64,000 bases of DNA from NCBI GenBank assembly GCA_951406725.2, contig OX597832.1, positions 29,388,001 to 29,452,000 on the forward strand. The letters run 5' to 3'. The translations under genes and the position numbers were made by a program. The notes beneath the pieces were generated by a model. That model was not told the DNA's origin. It did not search any database and worked only from the letters and a program-made list of their open reading frames with translations. Origin of the DNA: Octopus vulgaris (taxonomy: Eukaryota). Within the stretch, counting starts at the first letter, position 1. Each line of letters opens with the position of its first letter. This document shows, piece by piece, positions 52,743 through 64,000 of this stretch.

Positions 52743-53876
52743 GTATACTATATCAATGCATTGGTGATAGAAGAGGGGCCACTGTGAAGGACAATCACCA
52801 TGACATGTCTACCTTGACACATTACTCAGTATAAATACAGTTAAAGACAGACAAACCCATCAAACCCAAACTATAGTTATATCTTTCACTGTTTTAGGAA
52901 AAGTATGACTCCAAGAAACCAATGTTCTTCTTACTATAAAACAACTATAATTGACTCTAAAACACAGTACTTGTAGGGATTGTAGTCACCAGAGGGCGCT
53001 AGAGTAACCAATCCAGGGTCACTTTGAAATGATACAGAAGATTAAACGTTTAGTATTTAAACTGACCCCTACATCTGACCAAAATATTCTGCATGTTTTA
53101 TGCTGAAACCAACCAGATCCAGCCTCTCACACCTAGCCTGCAATGTCACTCCTAAATTAAACAATCTCCTCTTCACAACCTTGAAGTTACAAAATAATGC
53201 ATGATTGATTCAAAGGCAATGTGAATAAATACGGATTGCATTTGACAGAGTTGTCTGGTGAATACTTGGAGGAGCTTAATATGGTTGTAGTTGGGTAGAA
53301 GAGGGATTTATAGTTTGGCAACAGGAAAGGCATCCAGCTGTTGAAAGTCCATCTCAACAAATTTCATCTGACCAGACGTTAAATGATGACGATGATATAT
53401 ATACATACACACACACACACACTTGTTTACTCCTAGTTATACATAGGCATCAAAGGATGGATAGGAATGGCTTGCTGTTCCAAGTAGAAGTAGTAACAGT
53501 AGTAGTAGACCTGGGTTGAATTCCTGCAGAAACTCAAAAGTCATTGGTGGGGATGGAAGGGGGGGGGATTATTATAAGGAATCAGTCAAATCAACCTTAG
53601 ATATGTAATTATGGTGTATCACTACCACCACCACCACCACCACTACAACACTAAGAAACCACCCCTACCGTACATAACATGACTACCACTACATAATTTT
53701 GTCCTTTAAGAATCTTCTCTTCTACAACTCCCCCCCCCCCCCATTGCTACAACAACATTGATACAAAACCATTGTAATGCCATGACCACCACCACCACCA
53801 CCACCACGACCATCCCCATTTACTACCACCAAGACAATAGCATCAACGTGCAAAATCAAATGTTAAAAGAATGCAA

Positions 53877-53917
<41 letters not shown>

Positions 53918-55299
53918 ACAACGGTAAAGCCACAATTGCTGTCAACTAAAATAGCAATTGTTTTGCGTGTGTTTGGTTGATGTGAAATGTGGTTTAGTCT
54001 GCAGGAATGGTAAGACCAAACAGCAAGGAACAGCAGTTGCATTTGAGTGACAGCATCGACAGAAGGGGGGTGGAGGGGGAACCATTTCACAGTCACACAC
54101 ACACACACACACTCTTTCTCTCTCTCTCTCTCATCCTTACTCAATAATATGGATGGAGAGAGAGACAGGCAGACAGACAGACATACAGGCAGGCAGACGG
54201 ACAGACAGCCAGGCAGGCAGACGGACAGGCAGGCAGACGCGCAGACACGCAGGCAGACAGACAGGCAGGCAGACAGACAGACAGACTGATCCACAGAGCT
54301 GAAACCTTCACAATAAACATTTTTTCTAAAGCTTTACTCAATAATATGGATGAAGAGACAGACAGACAGACAAACAGACAGACAGGCAGGCAGACAAACA
54401 GACAGACAGGCAGGCAGACAGACTGACAGGCAGGCAGACAGACAGACAGGCAGGCAGACAGACCCACAGAGCTGAAGCCTTCACAATGAACATTTTTTTT
54501 CTAAAGCTTTTATTGTTATTTCAAGAAGATGCTGATGTGTTTTTTTTTCTCTGCTGTGATTGAAACAGAGAAAGAGATGATGTGGGATGCTGCTGTTGCT
54601 GCCAGTCGAAAGAATTATCGGTGGAAATGCTATCACCAACAGCGATCCATCATTTCAGATGCGGGAGATTGCTTGGAATGAAGAGTTCTAACTCGTTATT
54701 ATTAACCCACATCTGGCAACCAGATGCAATATTGTAATTAACTGTCAATTAAACAGGTGCAAAACTTCGTTATTACACAACTGCAATTTGCTTCAGCTGT
54801 TTGCTTTCATTGTCGGTTTTTTTTTTACTTCGTTTTTTTTTGGGCGTTTTGTCTTTTTGTTGCCATTTTGTTGTTCTTTTGTAAATCTTTGGTATAATTC
54901 TTACATCAGAAACATTCCAAATTGAAGAACGGAAAAATTTTTCGTAGCAACAAACTGGTAGACACCATCACTACAGCAACAACAGCATGTAATCCCGCAC
55001 ACCCCACCTTAAATTGCCACAAGGGCACAACTAAATGGTGGGGGGGGGGGACATTACAAGGACAAAAACTGTGAAACTCAGATGTGGTGGAGGCAGGGAT
55101 ACACAGAAGTCAAATGGTATATAGAAATATGGAATTGAGCTCCTGAAAAGGAGGGCTGCTACCCAGGAACATTCGAGGAACCCTACAAGATCCATGATTA
55201 ACTTTCAATATTAGGTGCCCTCAACTAGTTGAGTTCTTTGGCCTTACAGGTCCCTACCAAGAGCAGTCCCATTCTCACTGTTCTCACTCCTTTCACTCT

Positions 55300-55900
55300 G
55301 TCCCCATACAATACCAAACAAGTCGACGAGAACTTGTTTGAAGAAGAAAATGTCTGTCTTTTGCATCGCTTCTTCCCTTTCGCTATGGCTACCAGAGGTA
55401 AACTGCCTGCCCTTACCAGGAGTGGGTGTGTGGTGGTCCTTGCAACAGGACCAGTTGACAGCTAATGTAGCATGTAAAATGGATCCAGCTGATCTAATTA
55501 AATCCATGTCAACAATGCCCAGACACTAAATGGACTGCAAATAACAACACAACCACATTTATAGATTTTATCCATTTCCACCCGATCAGGCAAGAAATGT
55601 TTTTTTTTGAAGTCGTCCACAGTCAATAGGAATAGTCTGTTCATTCTGTTTTCTTAGATACTCAGTTACCCGCAAGAAAAGAAATGCTCTCACCCACCAC
55701 AAACCCTCCATAAAATGGCTGATCTACCACTTGCAGCATTGTCCAACAGACAGGGAACTGTGTGCCGGACAATGTTTCAGGCACCAAACTACCAGTCATG
55801 GTTTTCACTTGACCCCCCAGAACTGCAGTCGGTCAAAGAGGTGGATTGTCAGAAAATGTATCTCACATATGGCCACCACATCTTTACACCATCTGGGAAT
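55300..55900 (-). mobile_element. Possible L1/Tx1-type APE endonuclease remnant
   Basis: Fragments 'DVVAICEIHF' and 'LLTVDDF' resemble the APE motifs D(I/V)xxxQETH and xxGDFN; interrupted by stops and frameshifts. Confidence 0.35.
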
Positions 55901-56584
55901 CTCTACAGATGACACAAAGTGGACCTTGATAGGATTTGAACTCTGTCAATATCCTTATCGTCAACTTTGCCTTCATCCTTTTGAGATAGAAAGTAATCCA
56001 ATTTCTTACAAAGGGTGGAAGCTTGAAATCTGAAGGAGGCAAGGGGTTAGTTAATAATAACAACAACAATAATTCCTTTAATAAGGACCCTAAATAAATA
56101 CATAAAAGGGTGTGATATTAAGTTGTAGTTTCTCTGAAAGTTTTTATGTGTGTGTGTGTGTGTATGAGAGAGAGAAAGAGGGGGGGAGAGAGAAGAAATT
56201 TTTGAAAACAAAATAAAAAAAATCCTGATTTGGAGCCGGAAACCATTTTTTGGGGGAGTCAAACAAATGTTGACATAATTGGGAGAAATACTCAAATTTA
56301 CATAATATATATACACAGATACACACTTGATAGAGGGTGTGGTGAAATTATACGACTTGCACTTTTTCCTACTTGTGCACACACACACACAATTATGACT
56401 TCCACTTGTGTTTCCTTGTATATACATACATAGCCACAAAGGTACACAAACACACACTCATTCACTGCTATGTAATCAGAAGATCATGAGTGTAGAACAC
56501 CTGAGCATTGTAGACAATAAACTCATTATTTCATATATATATAAACATGTATTAACATACGTCTCTGTATATATATGTGTGTGA

Positions 56585-56627
<43 letters not shown>

Positions 56628-56630
<3 letters not shown>

Positions 56631-56773
56631 GTGCAGGAGTGGCTATGTGGTAAGAAACTTGCTTCCCAACCACATGGTTCCAGGTTCAATCCCACTGTGG
56701 TGGCACCTTGGCCGACCAAAGCCTTGTGAGTGGATCTGGCAGACGAAAACTGAAAGAAGCCCATCATATATAC

Positions 56774-56808
<35 letters not shown>

Positions 56809-56960
56809 TGTATGTATGTATGTATCTGTGTGTCTGTGACTGTTCCCCCACCATCGCATGACAACCGAAGAATAAGCCCTGGGTTCGATTTGTTTAACTA
56901 AAAGTGGTGCCTCCAGCATGGCCACAGTCAAATGACTGAAACAAGCAAAAGAATAAAAGA
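56628..56960 (+). mobile_element. SINE family A copy with internal deletions
   Basis: Head and tail present, two internal gaps. Confidence 0.8.
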
Positions 56961-57374
56961 ATACACAACAACAACAACAACAGCACTATACACCGTTTAT
57001 ATTACTTGATTTCCGCTTGACATCTCTCTCTCTCTCTCCCCCCCTCACACACACAAGCACACACACAGCTGTTTCTCTCTCACACACACATGCACACACA
57101 CTCCACCCCCCCCCACCCATTCCGCATTCTGGCTGGAATCCTCTTTCAGGGGAAAAAAAAACAATTCAGCATCTCAACAATAACAATTTGATGCTGACTA
57201 CATTCCTTAATACTCCCGTATCCCATAGCAACCAGACTGCGAAGAAGCATCGAAGGCTGGTTGGATGGTTGGACGGTTGGACGGCTGGTTGGTTGTAACA
57301 GCAGAAAATGGTTTACAGTTCAACTGGATGGACATTATGTTAACGGAGCTAATTGTATATGTTAATTACGAGGG

Positions 57375-57725
57375 AGGGGAGAGGAGGAAGAAAAGAGAAG
57401 GGAGAGGGGGAGAGACAGAAGGAGGGGAAGAGAGACAGAGGAGACAGAAGGAGAGAGGGAGAGAAAAGGGAGAGAAAGGAGTTGAGAGAAGAGGAGAGAG
57501 ACAGTGGGAGTGGGAAGAGAGAGGAGAGAGACAGAGTGAGGGAAAGAGAGACAGAGAAAGAGACAGAGGGAGGGAGAGAAAGGAGTGAAGAGAAGAGGAG
57601 AGAGACAGTGGGCAGGAGAGATAGAGGGAGACAGACACAGAGAGATAAACAGGGAGACAGAGACAGAGGGAGAGAGTGAGAGAGAGACAAAGAGAGAAAA
57701 GGAGAGCAAGAGAAAGCAACAGAAA
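57375..57725. repeat. GA-rich polypurine tract
   Basis: Direct reading. Confidence 0.9.
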
Positions 57726-60305
57726 GTAAGAGTGTGTGAGTATGAGAGTGTGTGTGTGTGTGTGAGAGAGTGAGTGCAGAGTTAAAGGTCCCATTGTTAA
57801 TAAAAAAAAGAATCAAACCTAAAAAAAAAACACTAATGGTTTGTCTGAAGTGTAGTTGTTGTGTTCCGGGATAGTAAACCAAAAAAGCCTCACCAGCATC
57901 CAGCGAGGACAGCTGATGACTGTTAAACAACAGGTGCTTTAACTGGAAAAAAAAAAACAGGAAGGGACATTGCCCATAGCTTTCACAGATTGAAGTATAG
58001 AGAGAAATGAGAAGGTGGGGTGTAAAACCAAAGCCAAAGACAGAGCTACAGAGTTAATTCCCTCCTTAGCAAAACAGTGATGGGCTGATCCCTGCCACAT
58101 GTCCCCTTTGTAACTCTATTACTCTTCCCCCCTCTCAATTTCTCCCCCTCTTATCATAAAGTAATAATGTACAGGATTGAGACATGGAAAAACAGATGAA
58201 AAACACGGGGGGGGGGATAATGTGCGGTGGGTAGGGTAGGGTGGCAATAGAGCCTGGGTCGTGGTTAAGAAGGTGCCAGTGGTGGTGGTGGTTATGATGG
58301 TGATGGTGATGATGGTGCTAGGGAGTGTGGACTGGTGGTGGTGGTGGTGAGATGGTGGTGGTGGTGGTGAGGTGGTGGTGGTGGTGGTGGTGGTGAGCTG
58401 GTGATGGTTATAATGATTAAGTTACAATTAATTCAGTTTTCCGTTTTAACCATTTCCAATTAAAAATACAAAATTACTTTGTGATATTCTTCCCACCCTA
58501 ATTACTTCATTGCACACAATTATTCCATCAGCTGTATTCAAGAAATCATTTCAATTCCAAATTTTTGTTAATCTATGAATGAATGTCTTCAAGAAGACAG
58601 GAAGAAAGGAGACCACTTCTGGCTCCAGGGTGTAATCATATTTTATTCCCCTGGTGTCATAAATCATTGACGTACTCCTCCGTTGAACAGCTGAACCAGA
58701 TAAACACAACCGACAAAATACTCACCAGACAACCATTTTTTCTCACTGTTCTTTACTGAATTGCTGAATCCAAACTTTAGTATGACTGTTATGTAACACC
58801 GAGGAATAATCCCAAGAGGTAGGAGAGTGTTGTAGCATGGCAGAATATGCAAACTGTCGCTGTTGTTATACGGGGTGGGAGCAATACCCTTAGAACATTG
58901 AATATTATTAAGAAGAATAACAAAGATATTCTTTTCTACTCTAGACACAAAGCCTGAAATTTTTTTGGTGGGGAGAGGGCCCGTCAATTAGATTGACTCC
59001 AGTATGAAAACTGATACTTAATTAAACTATAAAATTAATATAAAATTATTTAAAATATAAAATTAATATAAACTAGAACATATATTATTGGTACTTACTT
59101 CACTGATTCCAAGAAAATTAAAGGGTTACATAAACCCCAATGGATTTGTCAGATTATTGGCAAAACTTTTTGACTGGAAACACAAAGAATTCTGTTACAT
59201 GGTCAAAAGTAAAACCAATGACCTCTTGGTTGTGAATCAGTGAAGTGTAAACAAAATCAAGAAACTAAGCTACGGTCATTATTTTATAATTCAACAAAAT
59301 CACAGAGAATTTGGTATTGATGATTTACACCGTCAATTGCCTTTGTATTTGAATATGTCAAACATATCCAGAAGCTAATACTGGCCTTCTGAAACAGTCA
59401 AAAGGAACCTGAGAATTTTTAGCTTATTAGATAGACTTGCAAGTTGAAACTTCTGTTGGTGCAGTTACACATACGCACCACAGTAACTTTGCCTATCATG
59501 ATGTATCAATATTAAGTATGATACACAAATGGCTATTTTAATCTACTGCTTCCTGAGAAGTGTGTATGCATGTGTGTGTGTGTGTGTGTGCGTGCGCACG
59601 TCTGTGTTAACATAGATATGCACAAAATTAATTGGTAAAATGATAGTCTTGAGAGCGATATGAATGTGGTGAAGCCAGATCAGAAGTTAAACAATTTCTT
59701 TGTAAAATTGGTCTGAAGTGCAACAGGACATATTCCAGAATTAGAAGCTTAAGATGTTAAGAGTTTACTTCACTTTTACACACAGAATTGAAATAGAATC
59801 GGACAGTAAAAATAGCAATTATTTTCTGTAGAATTACCTTCACCACCAACACCACCACCACCACCATTACCACCTTTTAAAATGTCTTTTTTTCTTTTTT
59901 TGACAAATCCCACTTTAAATGTAATTTTGATATCTTAATCTATATCTTTTTTTTTTCTTTTAAAAATTTCCATTATTCCTTTCCAAAGCTTTCAATTTAT
60001 TTTTTCTTTTTATGGTTTATTCTATTGATTTATAAATAATCTACCATTAAAGACAGATTTTGCTGAAAGGTTTTACAACCACCAATGGTATGGAACCATA
60101 TATGGGTTCCAATAAATAGTTGTAATTTAGGTGTATAAAATTTTATGCACGTATACACACACACACACACCTTGCTGTATAATATATACATACACGCACA
60201 TATTGCTGTATAATATATGATCATATCGAAGGGAATGGAAATTAATTAAAATTTTCACTTCCAGTGGCCTAACGTGTAAAAATTTAGTCCAAAAGACTAT
60301 GTATT

Positions 60306-60550
60306 AGTCATAAAATACAGTGTACATTTAAACACATAAGGAATCCACTTGTGGGATTCAACATGCTAGAAAGAACAGCTAGGTTCTATAACCGCAAAAA
60401 TTAGGGATAAAATGTTTTTATTTTTTCATTTCATTCCTGTTGAATTTTATCCCTAATTTTGTGGTTACAGAACCTAGCTGTTCTTTCTAGCATGTTGGAT
60501 CCCATGAGTGGATTCCTTATGTCTTTAAAGGTACACTGTATTTTATGGCT
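60306..60550. repeat. Long inverted repeat (about 108-bp arms, 30-nt spacer)
   Basis: Arms 60306-60413 and 60444-60550. Confidence 0.85.
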
Positions 60551-60907
60551 GTATAATACATACATATAAATACACACACACACACACATATATATTGTTG
60601 TAGCAATTCATTAAATTCTGGGCGAAGAATATACAGAGAATAGACAGAGGCAGACAATTATGAAGGATGTACTTTGAATAAGCTTATCAGAAAATATGCA
60701 ATCAAGATTCAAGCCAGATTTCATATCAAAATAGAAAGTGTGGTGGCAGTGGTAATGGTGGTTGTGGTGGTGGTGGGCATGGTGAGGCACACCGAGAGGT
60801 TTATTAAAGCAACTTAAAACAGAATCTTGTTGGTTTAAATGACCAAAAGAAGACAAGCAATAACAGGAAGCAGAAATAGTACAAATTTGGACCAATTATG
60901 AACACAG

Positions 60908-61114
60908 GATGATGATGATAATCACGATAATAATAATAATAATAATAATAATAGTAATAATGATGATAATAATAATAATGATGATAATAATAATAATAGT
61001 AATAATAATGATAATAATAATAATAATAATGATGATAATAATGATAATAAGAATAATAATAATAATAATAATAATAAAATAATAATAATAATAATGATGA
61101 TAATAATAATAATG

Positions 61115-61159
<45 letters not shown>

Positions 61160-61173
61160 TAATAATAATGATG

Positions 61174-61216
<43 letters not shown>

Positions 61217-61250
61217 TGATAATAATAATAATAATAAAGTAATAATAATG

Positions 61251-61287
<37 letters not shown>

Positions 61288-61356
61288 TAATAATAATAAT
61301 AATGATGATAATGATAATAATAATAATAATAATAATGATAATAATGATAATAATAA
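60908..61356. repeat. (AAT)n/(GAT)n microsatellite, about 450 bp
   Basis: Direct reading. Confidence 0.95.
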
Positions 61357-61660
61357 AATTGATCAAAATTGGAGAGAGTTTCATTAGCCAAGCCAGAGCA
61401 GTAAAGCTAGCTTCTAATTTATAACAAGTTTTGTATAAATTGTTTACACAGCTTGTTGAGTGATGGCCATCAGGATGGAATGGCAAATGAGGACAGGACA
61501 TAAAAAGACATAATTAGAAATTTATCTTAACAGCACGCATCTTGAGGGGGGGAAAATATTTTTAGATTGAAAATAATAATTAGTGTATTTCATTGAAACC
61601 AATCCAAACAAATTCTCCTTTCAGAGAGAATTCTGTGCAATTTTTGGTAGAATCTGAACA

Positions 61661-62055
61661 GGCGCAGGGGTGGCTGTGTGGTAAGTAGCTTGCTTAATAA
61701 TAATAATAATCCGGGTTCAGTCCCACTGCGTGGCATCTTAAGTGTAATAATAATAATAATAATAATGCCTTGATGAGTGGATAATAATGGTAGACGGAAA
61801 TGATAATAAGCCTAATAATAATAATAATAATGTATGATGATGATGTGTTTGTGTGTCTGTGTTTGTTCCCCTAGCATCGGTTGTCAACCGATGCTGGTGT
61901 GTTTATGTCCCCGTCACTTAGCGGTTCGGCAAAAAGAGACCGATAGAATAAGTACTGGGCTTACAAAAAAGAATAAGTCCCGGGGTCGAGTTGCTCGACT
62001 AAAAGGCGGTGCTCCAGCATGGCCGCAGTCAAATGACTGAAACAAGTAAAAGAAA
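61661..62055 (+). mobile_element. SINE family A copy with AGAATCTGAA target-site duplication; 5' half interspersed with (AAT)n
   Basis: TSD at about 61649-61658 and 62056-62065. Confidence 0.85.
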
Positions 62056-62489
62056 AGAATCTGAAGAACTGTTTGTTTGGGATGTTGATTGAAAATGGCA
62101 GCAGAACAGACCGACCAAGAACAATGTATTCAGTACGGTTTATATAAATAGAGCATAGAGGAGTAGATCTAGTATACTGCAGGCAGTTCTTAATAGCATC
62201 TATTCTGTATATCGGCAATTTGAATGGCTTAATGGAAGCCTTGCTGTCTCTGCTTTCTACTGTGAGGTTACAAGTGTTCTTAATAAGTACTCCATCACTG
62301 AGGAAGATATCATGAGAGGATGACTCTAAGTTAACCAAGCTGACAAGAGATATCAGATGCATACAAATATCTAATTACGCTATAAAAGTGGATATCCACG
62401 AGGAACCGAATTTTTATAAGATATCAGATACGCGATTCTAATAGTTATTAGCTGTCGATATTTGACTCATCAATAAAACCATTCTAACC

Positions 62490-63030
62490 ACATCGCAACA
62501 CAGATACTGTACTGTGTGTGTGTTACACTGACCACATTACAACAGAGAAACTGTAGTGTGTTACAGTCATCACGTCACAGAGAAACTGTACCGTTACACT
62601 CACCATATCAAAACAGAGATGCTGTACTGTGTTACACTCATCGTGTTACAGAGAAAACTGTAGTGTGTTACACTTCCCACATCAGAGAAACGTAGTGTGT
62701 TACACTCACCATGTCACAACAGAGATATTGTGTGTGTTACAGTCACCATATCACAACAGAGATATTGTGTGTGTTACACTCACCATGTCACAACAGAGAT
62801 GCTGAAGTGTGTTACACTCACTATGTCACAACACAGAAAACGTAGTATATGTTACACTTATCACATCACAGAGACACTGTACTGTGTGTTACACACACAT
62901 CACAAAATACACTGTATATTATGTGTTACACTTACCATCAAAACATAGATACTGTGTGTGTTACATTCACAATCACAACAGAGATACTCTGTGTGTGTGT
63001 GTGTGTTACACTCACCGTGTTGCAACAAAG
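62490..63030. repeat. About 35-40 bp minisatellite (GTGTTACACTCACCATGTCACAACAGAGATACTGT)
   Basis: About 14 diverged units. Confidence 0.85.
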
Positions 63031-63584
63031 ATACCCTGGTATGTCAGAAATTACATGCATCTCCACAATTATTGCAAAAATGAAAAACCAAAAGAAACAA
63101 CTTGGCAAGATTAATTACCGAAGACAGCGTATTCCTGAGAAACTGGAGAAGGTTGTGTGCAAACCAGACAGCTCCACCGCCTCAATGTATAATGTATCAG
63201 CCAAGCTTTGTTGGCATTGTAATAACAGTGCATTGTAATAAAAACTAGGCATGTCCTCCCTCCACACTCCGTAAAACAGAAGTCTTTGGTGGAACCGGCT
63301 GCCTGACTTCCCCCCCGACTCCATTAATGAATCTGTTAAATGCCAACAATGGTTATTAAATACTGTGGACAATTTATAACCAATCTCTTCTAAATTGAGG
63401 ATTCAAAACTGCTTATAAAGGTTAGTGTCCAGCTGGAGCACCTACGTAACACATTCAGCAGGGATACCAATGTGGAGTATGAGATTAGACAACTGTGACA
63501 AAATTACTCCTAAATTACAAGGCAGCAAGCTGGGAAAAACCATCATCGTACTGGGCAAAATGCTTAGCGGCATTCTTTTACACT

Positions 63585-64000
63585 TGTATTCTTTTGTTTC
63601 AGTCATTTGACTGTGGCCATGCTGGAGCACCGCCTTTAGTCGAATGAATCAAGCCCAGGACTTATACTCTGTAAGCCTAGTACTTATTCTATTGATACTT
63701 TTTGCTGAACTGCTAAGTTACGGGGACATAAACACACCAACATTGGTTGTCAAGCGATGGTGGTGGTGGGGGACAAACACACAAATACATATGCATATAT
63801 ATATATATATATATACATATATATGTATGTATTATACAACAGGCTTCTTTCAGTTTCCAACCACCAAATGCACTCAAAAGGTTTTGATCAGTCTGAGGCT
63901 ATAATAGAAGACACTTGCCCAAGGTGCCATGCAGTGGAACTGAACTTGGAACCATGTGGTTGGGAAGCAAGCTTCTTACCACACAGCCATGCCTGCGCCT
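63585..64000 (-). mobile_element. SINE family A copy ending at the window edge
   Basis: Reverse complement of the consensus through to the head AGGCGCAGG. Confidence 0.85.

Noticed and set aside
60804-61501. Poly-I/Y/L ORFs (also at 1999-2271 and 13855-14181)
   Set aside because: Trinucleotide microsatellite translations.
61961-62362. 133-aa ORF
   Set aside because: No recognisable motif, and it runs into a SINE.
62490-63030. CRISPR-like array
   Set aside because: Units are degenerate, the spacers are homologous to each other, there are no cas genes and the context is eukaryotic.

Overview
Eukaryotic, AT-rich, microsatellite- and SINE-dense genomic DNA. The repeat repertoire suggests an octopod cephalopod (inference, not verified). 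One gene can be supported: a DOCK-D/zizimin (DOCK9/10/11-type) guanine-exchange factor on the minus strand. I read 8 consecutive, phase-compatible GT-AG exons (18704 down to 4782; 933 nt, 311 codons) encoding the N-terminal region and the PH domain. A candidate first coding exon lies at 40458-40399. The gene appears to continue beyond the left edge of the window. Almost all other ORFs in the track are microsatellite or SINE artefacts. The introns hold at least four SINE-like families, non-autonomous Helitrons, mariner-type and TTAA-type MITEs, LINE remnants and minisatellites. The most unusual signal is a recurring set of minimal type-I hammerhead-ribozyme (HHR) motifs in Penelope-like fold-back elements. 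Several are sense to the DOCK pre-mRNA, and one has a tRNA-like head about 120 nt upstream of an exon acceptor. Other candidates: an intronic TATA box with clustered nuclear-receptor elements, inverted SINE pairs bracketing PH-domain exons, long hairpins, and one SINE whose sequence is overwritten by (AAT)n (probably an assembly artefact). Repeat boundaries are approximate; exon boundaries were read base by base.
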